Assembly: GCA_050287085.1 (NCBI GenBank)
Contig: JBNKBE010000014.1
Span: 64,001 to 128,000, forward strand
Reading direction: 5' to 3'
Source: Polyangiaceae bacterium
GTDB lineage: Bacteria > Myxococcota_A > Polyangia > Polyangiales > Polyangiaceae
DNA: 64,000 bases
Shown: positions 19,134 through 30,187 of the stretch, in pieces
Position numbering within the stretch: the first letter of the stretch is position 1
Layout of the letters: each line of letters begins with the position of its first letter
Notes under the pieces: generated by a model
What the model was told of the DNA's origin: nothing
Seen by the model: the letters and a program-made list of their open reading frames with translations, nothing else
Databases searched by the model: none
Position numbers and translations under genes: made by a program

Positions 19134-22100
19134 CTATCCGACTTCGGCGGCCCGATCGGAACGCGCGTGCCACTCCTGGATGCTGCGCACCTGAGGCGGA
19201 CCGTCAAGCATAGCCCACGCTTCCAATGCTTCCGTCGCAGCCAAGGCCGCCGCCATGGTCGTGAAGTAGGGCACGTTGGCAAGAAGGGCACTACGCCGGA
19301 TGGCGTAGCTATCGCGAATCGCCTGAGCGCCTTGGCTTGTGTTGACGACCAAGTGAACATTGCCGGACTCAATGGCGTCGACGCAGTGGGGCGAGCCGTC
19401 GCGGACCTTGTTGATTCGCTCGCAAGGAATACGGGCACTGCGCAGTGCTTCCGCTGTGCCACCGGTAGCAACGAGTGTGAAGCCTAGATTGCGCAGCCGG
19501 CGCGCAATAAGGCACGCGTTCGGCTTGTCTTCTACGTTGACGCTGATGAAAGCACGCCCGAGCTTTGGGAGCTTCATACCCGTTGCCAGTAGCGACTTAC
19601 CAAACGCGATGGCGGCGTGGGTACTGATCCCCATGACTTCACCCGTTGAACGCATCTCGGGTCCAAGAATGGTGTCTACCCCAGGAAACTTGGTGAAGGG
19701 GAACACAGACTCTTTGGCGGCGAAGTGGGTCGGTTGCGCTCGGTCGTAGATGCCAAGCTCATCGAGTGTCTTGCCTACCATCAGTTGCGCCGCCACCTTG
19801 GCGAGCGGCAGTCCGATCGCCTTGGAAACGAAGGGAACCGTCCGCGACGCACGAGGATTGACCTCAATCAGATAGACCTCGTTGTCCTTGATCGCAAACT
19901 GAGCGTTCATGAGGCCGACCACACCCAACTCCACGGCGATGTCGCGAGCTTGTTGCTCGATCCGGGCCACGACCTCCGGGGACAATGAGAACGGCGGCAG
20001 AACGCTCGTCGAGTCGCCCGAATGGACTCCCGCTTCCTCCACGTGCTGCATCACCCCCCCGATCACGGCGCGCCGACCGTCCGCAATGCAGTCAACGTCA
20101 ACCTCGACCGCATTCTTGAGAAACTGATCGATGAGCAAGCTGGTGTTTCCGGCCTCCTTTGCCGCCTCAAGCGCCAACTGAGCGTACGCTTCTAGCTCCG
20201 AGCTGTTGTGGCAGACCATCATGGCCCGCCCGCCCAACACGTAGGAGGGTCGTACCAATACCGGAAATCCAATGCTCTCGGCCACGCGGAGGGCATCATC
20301 CAGACCACGCGCAATGCCGGCCTGAGGGCGTTTCAGATCCAGCTTGGTCAAGAGCTCGTCGAAACGTTCGCGATCCTCGGCGCGATCGATCGCATCGGCG
20401 GGTGTGCCAAGCAGCCTTATTCCCCGCTGCTCCAAAGGCACCGCCAACTTGAGAGGCGTCTGTCCACCGAACTGCACCACAACGCCTAGCAACTCACCCG
20501 TTGCGGCTTCTTCCTCACAGATGTTGAGTACGTCTTCGAGTGTGAGAGGCTCGAAGTACAAGCGATCCGAAGTGTCATAGTCGGTAGAAACCGTTTCCGG
20601 ATTGCAGTTGACCATGACCGCTTCAATCCCCAACTCGCGCAGGGCAAAGACTGCATGGCAGCAGCAGTAGTCAAACTCGATCCCTTGACCGATGCGGTTC
20701 GGGCCGCCGCCGAGAATGATCACCTTCCGCCGTGGCGCAATGTCGGACTCTGACTCGGTCTCGTAGGTTGAGTAGAGATAGGGAGTAAGTGCAGGAAACT
20801 CGGCTGCACAAGTATCGACGCGAGCATATACCGCGCTGATGCCGAACGCCTTGCGCGCGGCTCGGATCGCGTCCTCCGTCGACCCGCGAAGGCGCGCAAT
20901 CTGGGCGTCCCCGAATCCCATGCGCTTGACCTCGCGCATGAGCTCCGCGTCTAGTTCTGGAGCATGTTTGATGCTTTGTTCGGCAGCGACAATGCCGGCA
21001 AACTGCGCGACGAACCACGGATCCATTCCGGTGCGCTCGATAATCTGTTGCTCGGTGATACCGAGTCGCAATGCGTCCAACACGTAGAACAATCGTTCCG
21101 CACTGGGAACGGCGATCCTTTCGAGAAGGATCGGACGAAGCTCATCACGCTTTGCCGGAGGCAGACTCGGCTTGGGCCGATACTCCGGAGGGGCTTCGAG
21201 CACCAAGTTGCGCCCCGGTGATGGCTGGTCGTCAAGCTGGCGGTAGTCGATGCGATCGAGCAGCGACATCATGCCGTCCTTGCCGGTTTCGAGCGAACGA
21301 GCCGCTTTCTGAAGCGCCTCCGAAAACGTTCGCCCAATGCTCATGACCTCGCCGACACTCTTCATCTGAGTGCCGAGGCGCGCGTTGCTGCCCGGAAATT
21401 TCTCGAACGCAAAGCGCGGCCACTTCACAACAACGTAGTCTATCGTTGGCTCGAAAGCGGCACTGGTCCCGGTGATGTCGTTCTTCAGCTCATCGAGGGT
21501 GAACCCGACCGCGAGCTTCGCTGCGATCTTGGCGATCGGATAGCCAGTAGCCTTCGATGCCAACGCGCTCGATCGCGACACACGCGGGTTCATCTCGATA
21601 ACGATGATGCGACCGTCCTCCGGATTGACCGCGAACTGCACATTGGACCCCCCGGTTTCTACGCCAATCTCATGCATGACGGCGCGAGCCGCATCGCGAA
21701 GCCGCTGGTATTCGCGGTCGGTCAGCGTCATCGACGGAGCCACCGTAATCGAGTCACCCGTATGAACACCCATCGGGTCGACGTTCTCGATGGTGCACAC
21801 AACGATGAAGTTGTCGGCTCGGTCACGAATGACTTCGAGTTCGTACTCCTTCCAACCGAGCAAGCTTTCCTCAACGAGCACTTCGTGCGTCGGTGACTGG
21901 CTCAGCGCCCACTCCACTTTCTCGTCGAAGTCAGCCGGATCCTCGACGATCGCGCCCCCGGCGCCACCTAGGGTGAAACTCGGACGCAAGATCGCCGGAA
22001 AGCCGGTGGTTTTAACCACCTCGCGAGCTTCTTCGAGCGACCCCGCGTGCCCAGAACGGGCCGATGCCAACCCCGCGCGGTCCATCGCTTGCTTGAATAG

Positions 22101-22490
22101 CTCGCGATCCTCGGCCCGCTTGATGGCGTCGACTTGCGCCCCGAGAAGCTTGACACCATTGCGCGAGAGCGCGCCCGAAGCATGTAGTGCCAGCGCCGCG
22201 TTGAGCGCTGTCTGTCCCCCGAGCGTGGGCAAGAGTGCGTCCGGGCGCTCACGCTCGATAATGGCCTCCAACGTGTCGTGCTCGATGGGTTCGATATACG
22301 TACGCCGAACGAGCTCCGGGTCGGTCATGATGGTGGCCGGATTGCTGTTGACCAGAACAACATCGTAGCCCAACTCGACTAGAGCCTTTGCGCCTTGCGT
22401 CCCAGAGTAATCAAACTCGCAGGCCTGACCAATGACGATCGGTCCAGAGCCGATGAGGAGAATCTTCTTGATGTCGTCGCGTCGCGGCAT
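19134..22490 (-). CDS. carB: Carbamoyl-phosphate synthase large subunit
   Basis: [30 protein letters not shown] start, duplicated ATP-grasp halves ([15 protein letters not shown]), C-terminal MGS domain. Confidence 0.99.
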   Translation of the reverse strand: MPRRDDIKKILLIGSGPIVIGQACEFDYSGTQGAKALVELGYDVVLVNSNPATIMTDPELVRRTYIEPIEHDTLEAIIERERPDALLPTLGGQTALNAALALHASGALSRNGVKLLGAQVDAIKRAEDRELFKQAMDRAGLASARSGHAGSLEEAREVVKTTGFPAILRPSFTLGGAGGAIVEDPADFDEKVEWALSQSPTHEVLVEESLLGWKEYELEVIRDRADNFIVVCTIENVDPMGVHTGDSITVAPSMTLTDREYQRLRDAARAVMHEIGVETGGSNVQFAVNPEDGRIIVIEMNPRVSRSSALASKATGYPIAKIAAKLAVGFTLDELKNDITGTSAAFEPTIDYVVVKWPRFAFEKFPGSNARLGTQMKSVGEVMSIGRTFSEALQKAARSLETGKDGMMSLLDRIDYRQLDDQPSPGRNLVLEAPPEYRPKPSLPPAKRDELRPILLERIAVPSAERLFYVLDALRLGITEQQIIERTGMDPWFVAQFAGIVAAEQSIKHAPELDAELMREVKRMGFGDAQIARLRGSTEDAIRAARKAFGISAVYARVDTCAAEFPALTPYLYSTYETESESDIAPRRKVIILGGGPNRIGQGIEFDYCCCHAVFALRELGIEAVMVNCNPETVSTDYDTSDRLYFEPLTLEDVLNICEEEAATGELLGVVVQFGGQTPLKLAVPLEQRGIRLLGTPADAIDRAEDRERFDELLTKLDLKRPQAGIARGLDDALRVAESIGFPVLVRPSYVLGGRAMMVCHNSSELEAYAQLALEAAKEAGNTSLLIDQFLKNAVEVDVDCIADGRRAVIGGVMQHVEEAGVHSGDSTSVLPPFSLSPEVVARIEQQARDIAVELGVVGLMNAQFAIKDNEVYLIEVNPRASRTVPFVSKAIGLPLAKVAAQLMVGKTLDELGIYDRAQPTHFAAKESVFPFTKFPGVDTILGPEMRSTGEVMGISTHAAIAFGKSLLATGMKLPKLGRAFISVNVEDKPNACLIARRLRNLGFTLVATGGTAEALRSARIPCERINKVRDGSPHCVDAIESGNVHLVVNTSQGAQAIRDSYAIRRSALLANVPYFTTMAAALAATEALEAWAMLDGPPQVRSIQEWHARSDRAAEVG

Positions 22491-22845
22491 GGCCGGCACC
22501 TACCACACCTGACGGACTAGAAAGACCCCCAAAGCAGCCCCGGACACGCGCCGACCGGCCCTGCGCGAACGACGGGCCGCCGGCGATTCGCTCGCCGGGC
22601 TCCCCGGGGCGAACACGCCTTGCCGACCCCTTGCTATTTCAATACAAGTGCAACTTCGCCGGGGGCTTTCGATAGTCTTGAACCGTCGTATGCTCCCGGA
22701 GGAATGGTCGCTCCGCTCACCCCTGCTCTGAGCGCCGATAGTCCTGTCGGCGTCCATTGTGCCTCGAGTCTACTCCGCCCCGCTCATGCTTCGCCTCCTG
22801 CCTCACTTGCGTGGCTCCTGCCCCCAAGCGCTGGACCACTTCCGA

Positions 22846-23724
22846 ATGCCCCCCCCCGGTGCGACCAAAAACGGCCCGCAGCGGCGCCGGCTCCCAGCAG
22901 CGCTGTGGATGATATGCGCTGCGCTCTCACTGGGCGCTGGATGGTCTCGACCTGCATGGGCGCAAGCCGGTCCGGATGAGTTGGCAAGACGGCACTTTGA
23001 GTCCGGAGCCGCGTACTTCGAGCAGGCCGAATACGATCCGGCCTTGCGAGAGTTCAGGAAGGCCTACGAGCTCTCGGGAAGGCCCCAGATTCTGCGCAAC
23101 ATCTCGGTCGTTGAGGAGCGTCTGGGGCGGCTGGACGTAGCGGTGGAAGCTCTTGACCAGTACTTGGCGGCGGCTCCAGACGACCCCGACATCAAGACCG
23201 TCCGCATTCGGCGCGACAATCTCGCCAAGCGTCTCGAGCAAAAACGTCTCGAGCAAGAACAGGCTGAACTGGAGAAGACCGAGGCGATTGCCGCCGCCCC
23301 GGTGACGACCAGCCCGGTGCCCGCCTCGCCCCCGAGTCCCCCCGCAGAGCTCCCGCCCCCAGAGCCGATGGAGGCCCCTGCCTCACCGCCCGATCCGAGA
23401 AGCTACCAGCCTGCCGCCTATTGGTTGCTGGGCATCGCCGGACTGAGCGCTAGCGGTGCGGTGCTCACCGGCGTTCTAGCCCAAGGGGAACACGACTCAC
23501 TCAGTCGCACGTGCGCCCCCGACTGCGCAGCATCGCAGGTTAGCACAGGGGAACGTCTTGCCCTCGCAAGCACCGCGTTCACTGGAGCAGCTCTGCTTAG
23601 CGCCGGGGTCTCAGTCGTGCTCTTCGCGCTGAGCGACGCCGACGCTAAGAGCCAAGGCAACGTTTCATGGCTGCTCGATTGGTCGCCCAGCGGTGGCTCA
23701 GCTTCTGCCCAATGGTCGTTCTAA
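22846..23724 (+). CDS. Secreted TPR protein with Pro-rich linker and C-terminal hydrophobic segments (myxobacterial type)
   Basis: Signal peptide ending AWAQA; TPR ARRHFESGAAYFEQAEYDPALREFRKAYEL; C-terminal aromatic residue (WSF). Start uncertain (ORF opens at 22759). Confidence 0.75.
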   Translation: MPPPGATKNGPQRRRLPAALWMICAALSLGAGWSRPAWAQAGPDELARRHFESGAAYFEQAEYDPALREFRKAYELSGRPQILRNISVVEERLGRLDVAVEALDQYLAAAPDDPDIKTVRIRRDNLAKRLEQKRLEQEQAELEKTEAIAAAPVTTSPVPASPPSPPAELPPPEPMEAPASPPDPRSYQPAAYWLLGIAGLSASGAVLTGVLAQGEHDSLSRTCAPDCAASQVSTGERLALASTAFTGAALLSAGVSVVLFALSDADAKSQGNVSWLLDWSPSGGSASAQWSF

Positions 23725-25175
23725 TGAGTTCCGCAAGGCGAATCCAAGGCCGGCTGCTTTGCCTCGCACTGTCGCTCCCAGGTTGTTCCTTCGTGCTCGA
23801 CTTCGAGGAGCTAACCCGGGGAGACGACGATGCACCCAACCAGACACCGGATGGGGGCAGTGACAAATGCGGCACGTGCAATGATGGCGACCCATGCACC
23901 GTCGACACGTGCCAAGCCGGCGCTTGTGTGCACAAGCCCATGCTCTGCACGAGTGACGACCCGTGCAGCCAGAGCGTGTGCCGAGCTGGCGCATGTGTAG
24001 CCGAGCCTCGGCTAGGACCGGTCACCCTGGACAGCGAACACATGGTCCAAGTGGGGACTGCCATTAGCAATTCCTTGGTTGCATCCGCTGACCGCGTCTT
24101 TGCTTCCACGTTGGCGACCTTCGACGACAGCGCAGTCGACATCGTCCTTTCCAGCTTCAGCGCAGATCCGGACGGCGTTGATAAGTCCACGCGAATAGCC
24201 GAGGCGCTAGCCGATGGCTATGGGGTTGCGAGTCCGGCGGCCCTTTGGGTGAACGATAACCTGCTCCACGTATACGTGGCCATGTCAGCCACGGATGCGG
24301 ACTCGGAACTGGGCGAGGTCGTGGACGTATCCCTCGACGTCAACCTCGAATTGGCGACCACGAAGGCCACACCGTTGGCAAGTGAGCCGTCGCTATTGCT
24401 GACAAGCTACGCTCACGGTCCGACCGTAGCCGCGCTCCCCAATCATGCACGAATCGTGGCTTGGTACGGTCGCGGCTCCGCCGGCGAGACAGGGCTATTT
24501 GTGACGGCAAACGACGCGCCGATCGACCTGCGCTCCCCGGGTGCACACTTCATTGGAGAAGGCGCCGGGCTTCGAGCGCTCTCTGCACTGGGTACAGAAC
24601 TCGCTCCCGGCGCGGCGTGGATCGACGACGCGGGACAAGTCAAGGTAGCCACGACGCGCTCCGCCACCGAACTCATACCCATGTGCTCCCTGGGCCCCGC
24701 ACCACGCAACCTGCGTGCGATCCGAGTGACCGACACACTCTGGGCGCTTACCTGGACGACCGGCAAACAGAGCCACCCAGCCACAGAAACGAGCTTCGTC
24801 TTTTGCGATGACGACGGCTGCTCCCTCCCCGCGGACTGGAAGGAGTGCAGCGAAACGACCTTCCCTGAGCGCGTCCAAAGCGGCATCGCGGAGCTCGCTA
24901 GCACGACCCTCTTGGCTGAAGCCATCCCCGGGCCGCTCCAGCTGAGCGCCATCGCAAGCGAAGCGGGACTCGGCGTGGCGTTGTTCGACAACCAAACGGG
25001 CGAAGCTGTGGGCCCCGCCCGCGAGCTCGTGGCGGCCGGCGACGCAGCGTTACCCCACAAGCTAGATGTGGTTCTGCTGCCCCACCGCGAGGGGGCAGTC
25101 AGCTGGATAGGAGCCGGCTCAGAAGCGGATGTGTTGCATCTCCAGAAGCTAGCACTCTGTCTACCTGACCCATAG
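23724..25175 (+). CDS. Cys-rich lipoprotein with CNDGDPCTVDTC-type repeats
   Basis: TAATG overlap with the upstream stop; lipobox LPGC; two C-x-(D/S)-x-DPC-x4-C repeats. Confidence 0.75.
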   Translation: MSSARRIQGRLLCLALSLPGCSFVLDFEELTRGDDDAPNQTPDGGSDKCGTCNDGDPCTVDTCQAGACVHKPMLCTSDDPCSQSVCRAGACVAEPRLGPVTLDSEHMVQVGTAISNSLVASADRVFASTLATFDDSAVDIVLSSFSADPDGVDKSTRIAEALADGYGVASPAALWVNDNLLHVYVAMSATDADSELGEVVDVSLDVNLELATTKATPLASEPSLLLTSYAHGPTVAALPNHARIVAWYGRGSAGETGLFVTANDAPIDLRSPGAHFIGEGAGLRALSALGTELAPGAAWIDDAGQVKVATTRSATELIPMCSLGPAPRNLRAIRVTDTLWALTWTTGKQSHPATETSFVFCDDDGCSLPADWKECSETTFPERVQSGIAELASTTLLAEAIPGPLQLSAIASEAGLGVALFDNQTGEAVGPARELVAAGDAALPHKLDVVLLPHREGAVSWIGAGSEADVLHLQKLALCLPDP

Positions 25176-25355
25176 TGAGCTATAAGCCCCGTGGCACACC
25201 GGGCGTTTCGGCAGGCGGAACAACCCGAGCGCTGGCGGGCCACCGCGTGGGACACCGCGGTGAGCGAGCAAGCTCCCTCCCCGCTCCTCCGCTCAAAGCT
25301 TCCCCAAGGCGTCCATGGCTAGACGCGAGTCGGCCAGCAGTCTAGACTACGTGCC

Positions 25356-26147
25356 GTGGTGAGGTTGAGCCATGGTACTTCGACACGTGGCAGGGGCAGA
25401 CTCCGCTGGCGTTGGGGCCGTGATCGGACGCCAAGGGGTGGGCGACTCGGCGGGTGCGCCGCGCGGATGCTCGCGCTCGGGCTCGGGTGGCTGACATGGG
25501 GCGCTGTCACGTCGAGCACCAGCTGGGCGCAAGACGCAGCGGCTCCCGTAGACGAAGTCGTGGAGGAAGGCACCGTTGAAGAATCGGGGGAGGACGACCC
25601 TGAAGCGCCCAATGCAGCGGGGAATGATGTCCCTCAGACAGACGATGAGAACGAAGTGAGCGCTGTGGTCACAACTCCGGACGAAGCGGACGAAGGCCCC
25701 GCCGCGGATGCGGAGCCAAGCGCCGAGTCAACCGTGACCGCGGAGTTGCCCCCACCGGAACACGAAGACCCTGAGCCCAGACGTGCCGCGCCGTGGCTTG
25801 TGGCGATGGAGCGTACTGGGCTCCAACGACAAACGCCGCCCCTCTCAGCTCGGCAACCGCGCACGCCCCCGATGCACACGGCGTCGGTCGGGCAAGTCCC
25901 GTCCGCGGTCCACGTGCCCGCGCCCCAGGCTACGGACGAGGCTCCCCACGAGCTACCGGTAGCAGCTGACCTAAGTCAGCCCACCCGACAAAAAGTGGTC
26001 GCCCTCAGAGAAAGCAGCGCCCGCCGAACGATACCACCAAGCCCGGATGATGGTGCCTGGAACTGGCTATGGCTCCTCGCAGCGACCGCCCTCGGCTGCT
26101 TGGTTCCAGTGGGCATGCTGCTAAGCCGAGCCACGCGCAAGGGCTAG
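25356..26147 (+). CDS. Hypothetical exported acidic/Pro-rich protein with C-terminal membrane anchor
   Basis: Signal-like segment ending SWAQD; D/E-rich disordered region; C-terminal TM followed by a basic tail (RATRKG). True start probably downstream. Confidence 0.55.
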   Translation: MVRLSHGTSTRGRGRLRWRWGRDRTPRGGRLGGCAARMLALGLGWLTWGAVTSSTSWAQDAAAPVDEVVEEGTVEESGEDDPEAPNAAGNDVPQTDDENEVSAVVTTPDEADEGPAADAEPSAESTVTAELPPPEHEDPEPRRAAPWLVAMERTGLQRQTPPLSARQPRTPPMHTASVGQVPSAVHVPAPQATDEAPHELPVAADLSQPTRQKVVALRESSARRTIPPSPDDGAWNWLWLLAATALGCLVPVGMLLSRATRKG

Positions 26148-26170
26148 CAGACCCATCGGCGCTATTCGTC

Positions 26171-26947
26171 TCACCCGACCAAGAAGGAAACGAAGTAGTC
26201 CAGCGCAAAGACGCCCACCGCACTGACCACCACGCTTGTCGTCACAGTGCGACCTACGCCGGGCGCCCCCCCTGACGTCGACATTCCGAACTGACAGGTT
26301 GCGGCTGCAACGACCCAGCCGAATCCGACGCTCTTGAGCAGGCCGTGGACAACGTCGCCCGAACCCAGCTTTCCGCCAACGACACCCTGGAAGAAGATCA
26401 CGGGGTCGACTTCCAACAACACGTCGCCCACGAGCGCCGCGCCGCAAAGCGCCAGAATGTCCGAGAAGACGGTGGACAAGAAGAAGGTGACCACTATCGC
26501 GATAAAGCGAGGCGCCACGAGATAACCCATCGGATCGATCGCCAACGCGCGCAGCCCATCGACCTGCTCGGTCACGACCATGGTGCCTAGCTCCGCTGCG
26601 TTGTTTGCGCCAACACGACCCGACAACATAAGCGCTGTCAGGAGCGGACCAAGCTCGCGGAGCGTGCTGTATCCCGCTGCCCAACCGAGCAGACCTTTTG
26701 CATTGAAGCGTTCCACTATGGGTGCTGCCTGCAGCACCATGATGGCCCCGACGAATAGGGCGGTGAAGGCGACAATAGGCAAGCTGTGCACCCCCATTCG
26801 ATGCATGTTGCGTACCAGCTCGTGGAGATCTACGCGCAGGCGAACAGCCCTGCTAACGACAGCTCCGGTCAGTACCCCCATGCCGCCAACAGTGCCCGCG
26901 AGATTGAGAAAAGCCTCGCCAATACGAGCAGCACTGCTTGCTAACAT
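26171..26947 (-). CDS. mlaE: MlaE-family ABC transporter permease
   Basis: RELGPLLTALMLSGRVGA, AELGTMVVTEQVDGLRALAIDP, GGAPGVGRTVT motifs. Start ATG 26947 (ORF opens at 26989). Confidence 0.92.
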   Translation of the reverse strand: MLASSAARIGEAFLNLAGTVGGMGVLTGAVVSRAVRLRVDLHELVRNMHRMGVHSLPIVAFTALFVGAIMVLQAAPIVERFNAKGLLGWAAGYSTLRELGPLLTALMLSGRVGANNAAELGTMVVTEQVDGLRALAIDPMGYLVAPRFIAIVVTFFLSTVFSDILALCGAALVGDVLLEVDPVIFFQGVVGGKLGSGDVVHGLLKSVGFGWVVAAATCQFGMSTSGGAPGVGRTVTTSVVVSAVGVFALDYFVSFLVG

Positions 26948-27027
26948 GATGACGTGCTCAGCATATCGCGCCGCGTCGACGATAGGCACTCAAAACTCAA
27001 TCTCGTACTGTTCCGTCAGCATCCGTC

Positions 27028-28410
27028 TCAAGGTTCTTTGCATTGTACCGACAATTGCTTCTGCGCTCGGGCCTCGTCGGCCGCCGGCGGCAAGCGTCGA
27101 GGGGGCACCGCTCGCCTCCCGCCCGGAGCCCCGCTGCCCCGCTGAGGAATGCGGTAGGTCTTGCGAGCCATGATCTTGGTTGACCGAAGCCCATTGGCTC
27201 GCTGAATAGCTCGCACCGTCGTGCCGTAGCGTTTGGCCAAACCAATGAGCGTCTCCCCTTTGCGAACTCGATGCTGCACATAGTGTACGGGCGGCTTTAC
27301 GAGGCCACGGCTGAGCAAGGCCTTGTAGGCGAGGCGTCCGCCCTCCTCCGCTCGCGGACTGTAGAATCGCACGTGGAGATGCGTCGCATGGCCCGGCTCA
27401 TGGCGGATGAGGGGCGGCTCCCCCTCTGCGCCGTCGAATATGCTGTGGAGCCACCCCTCAGACTCTCCGTGGCTCGCTGCGTACTCGCGAAGCCAGCCTT
27501 GAACAGTTCGATCGAGCAGGATGAAGCGCACGTCGGTATACACGATCAGCGCCTTGACCAAGTCCCACGTCAATTCGAGGTCCAGGTTCTGTTGGGTGGC
27601 TCGCTGATACCAACCGCTGCCGTCGGAGTAGTAGAAGCCAAGGTCAACATCGCGGCCGCTCTGATGGCTCTTATGCGGCCGCAGCTTGCCTCCGCGCGGA
27701 CCCGAGATGTGCCCCACGGCAAGAGGCGGCGCCTCCGAATGACGACGCCTCACCTCCGCCAGCGCGCGGGTCAGGTATCCGATCGTTTCCTCGGTACCGT
27801 AGGCGTGAGAGGAATCCACTAGCTCCCAGCAAGGACTCGTCGGCAGCCCCACCCCGTTGATCAGCACACCGCCGTTGGGCGGCCCCACGCTCAAGCTCCC
27901 CACCGAGCTCAGATCGTCCCGGATGCGAGCCGCAATCGCGTCGCCGTCGAGCTGCGCCAGCGGATGAGGTCCCCGCGAGGGCGCCAAAGGCCCGCAGAGC
28001 TCCGCGGCAGGCTCGGGAGGGAGCGGCGGTACAGGGCTCGAAGTGCCCCCAATCGGCATCGCAGCGGGCTCAGTAGCCGTCCGGTCGGTCGTGGGTGGAG
28101 CGACCTCTCCGGACGCGTAGGAAATCCTGTCGGAAAACCCAACTTTCGCCGGCGTGGCGGCCTTCGAAGCGCACCCGACCAACCCTAGTACAAGCAGCGC
28201 CCCCCCGAGAGCGGGGTGCAGGCAAGTTTCTAACACATCAGAAAACTTCAAGACGGCCTCGTTGAGAGATTCGCGTTTTGCCGGAAGCAAGTCAAAAAGC
28301 GGCGCTTGTGCCTCCGCGCCCGAGTACAAGTGGGGTCGGACGCAGCACTTGGAAACACGATACGGATAGCCTAGGCCACACAAAAGATGCCAACTGTTCG
28401 CCGGGACCAA
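27028..28410 (-). CDS. Penicillin-insensitive murein endopeptidase (MepA-like) with C-terminal LysM, probable lipoprotein
   Basis: HKSHQSGRDVD and HATHLHVR zinc-peptidase motifs; LysM HRVRKGETLIGLAKRYGTTVRAIQRANGL; lipobox LVGC. True start likely downstream of 28410. Confidence 0.88.
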   Translation of the reverse strand: MVPANSWHLLCGLGYPYRVSKCCVRPHLYSGAEAQAPLFDLLPAKRESLNEAVLKFSDVLETCLHPALGGALLVLGLVGCASKAATPAKVGFSDRISYASGEVAPPTTDRTATEPAAMPIGGTSSPVPPLPPEPAAELCGPLAPSRGPHPLAQLDGDAIAARIRDDLSSVGSLSVGPPNGGVLINGVGLPTSPCWELVDSSHAYGTEETIGYLTRALAEVRRRHSEAPPLAVGHISGPRGGKLRPHKSHQSGRDVDLGFYYSDGSGWYQRATQQNLDLELTWDLVKALIVYTDVRFILLDRTVQGWLREYAASHGESEGWLHSIFDGAEGEPPLIRHEPGHATHLHVRFYSPRAEEGGRLAYKALLSRGLVKPPVHYVQHRVRKGETLIGLAKRYGTTVRAIQRANGLRSTKIMARKTYRIPQRGSGAPGGRRAVPPRRLPPAADEARAQKQLSVQCKEP

Positions 28411-28494
28411 CTTCAGTCAGCAATAGTGTCCCGAAAAAGCGACGAGGGCCCGGACCGTATCGCGGGCCGTGATGAGGTTGAAGGGTAGAGCGCA

Positions 28495-30090
28495 ATGACG
28501 ACTAGTGAAGAGAATCCCCAGGCAAGAGGCCCAGCGGGAGTTTTGCACAGCAAGAATCCCGGCAGCGACCCTTTCCAGGCTGCGGCCGAGGCGCGAGGCT
28601 CGACACATGCACCGTTTCGTTCGCAGCTACGCGATCCCCGGCACAGACTCGCTTCGGAGTTATTCGCGGAAGCATTCACAACGGATGCACGCATGGCAAG
28701 GGGATTGCTCGCGCTCGTGCCACTCCGGCACCTCATGGAGGCTCTTGCAGAACGCGAGGATCTGCGCGTGCGCTTGTTGGTGGAGGCGACGGGTACGCAT
28801 CCGAGGATCGCGGCGAGGAAATCTAGCGCTTCGGCCTCCGAAGATCTGCAGCTGGCGCTGGATGAAGGCACAGCGCGACCTGAACGCCTCGTGTCCCTGC
28901 TGAACGCCGACGAGTGGGCCAGCGTGCTCGGCATTGCCAGACTCTGGAACTTGATGGCAAGTGAAGGCGGCTGGCTTCGCCCCAAAGAAGAGAACGACGC
29001 TTTGGAGCGGGCCCGACATGTGGTCGACAAGGCGGTGCAGCTAGGGTTGCTCGATCGACGCGACATCGCCCTCGGCCTTCCCCTGTCGGAGGTAACGGCA
29101 CGGCTCAACAGTCATCAGATGCGAAATGCGCTGCAGGCGGCCCTCACTGACGGCCGCGCAGGCATGCCCTTCACCGTCGAGCGCCTGTGTGACGTCGCGG
29201 GCTACGATGCGCTTGCCGCCAACCTGTCAGCCAGAGTGCTATGGGAGACGGTCATCGAAGCGCGCCTTGCCCCGACAGCCTCCCCAGCAGCCTCCCCGGT
29301 ACGCGCAAAAGCCACTCCGACGGCCACGTTGGGTGGGGGGAACCCAGGCAACGCGGCGGCCCCAAAGCCCGAGCTCGCAGCGGCCCCGGCACGGCCCGCA
29401 GCCACAACGATATTCGGCCACCCCTTGGCCCCCCCGGGCGTGGCCGAGGACGACGCGGACTCCGATCTGGCCCCCCCGACGCCGAGGCGTCCCCCTGTCA
29501 AGCCTCATCCGGCCCCGCCGGCCCCGCCAGCCCCATCGCTACCGCCTCCCGCTTTGGCGCGAACCCAGTCCGAGCTGCTCGATGACTCCCTCGACGATAG
29601 CCTCATCGAGGTCGACAGTCCGACACCGGAACCCGCGGCTCGCCACCGCCCACCACCCCCACCGTCCCGTCGCCCTTCTATTGTCCCCAGCTCACCTCCG
29701 CGAGAACTCGCAGCGGTCTGTGAACGACTCGGTGCTCTGGGCCGCCTGCCGCGCAATGCTCTCCAAATGCCAGTGTCGCTGCTGACGGCGATCGAAGGAA
29801 TGTATAGCAAGCTCATGGTCACCGAAGATGCGGCGGACCAACTGGCTGCCATGCAGCAAGCCTTTCCCAACGAAGTGTTTCAGAAGGAAGCCATGTTGGA
29901 ACTGCTCAAGCTGCACGACCCGAATATCATCAACAACAATCCGAGCATTGCTGACGAAAGCGCCGACTCCCTCGCCATTCGCCTGCTAACCGAGGAACGT
30001 CAACGCTCGCGAGCGGCTGCCCCTCGAGCGTCGATGGCCGTGCCGAAGGCGCCGAGCAACACCCTAGCGTCCGCGCACCGAGCCTCTTGA
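28495..30090 (+). CDS. Hypothetical protein: helical N- and C-terminal domains joined by a Pro-rich linker
   Basis: 531-aa ORF with ATG start and GC-rich third codon positions; no family recognised. Confidence 0.7.
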   Translation: MTTSEENPQARGPAGVLHSKNPGSDPFQAAAEARGSTHAPFRSQLRDPRHRLASELFAEAFTTDARMARGLLALVPLRHLMEALAEREDLRVRLLVEATGTHPRIAARKSSASASEDLQLALDEGTARPERLVSLLNADEWASVLGIARLWNLMASEGGWLRPKEENDALERARHVVDKAVQLGLLDRRDIALGLPLSEVTARLNSHQMRNALQAALTDGRAGMPFTVERLCDVAGYDALAANLSARVLWETVIEARLAPTASPAASPVRAKATPTATLGGGNPGNAAAPKPELAAAPARPAATTIFGHPLAPPGVAEDDADSDLAPPTPRRPPVKPHPAPPAPPAPSLPPPALARTQSELLDDSLDDSLIEVDSPTPEPAARHRPPPPPSRRPSIVPSSPPRELAAVCERLGALGRLPRNALQMPVSLLTAIEGMYSKLMVTEDAADQLAAMQQAFPNEVFQKEAMLELLKLHDPNIINNNPSIADESADSLAIRLLTEERQRSRAAAPRASMAVPKAPSNTLASAHRAS

Positions 30091-30187
30091 TCGGCAAACC
30101 ATGTTCAGCAAACCACCGTTCGCTCGCGTTCGGTCGGTGATTTTTGCGCTAGGCGCATTCCGTACTTTCGTGAGATCGGTATCTACA

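Noticed and set aside
19134..22490. carB without adjacent carA as an anomaly
   Set aside because: Split carA/carB is common; the gene is intact, with only a short insertion in the central domain.
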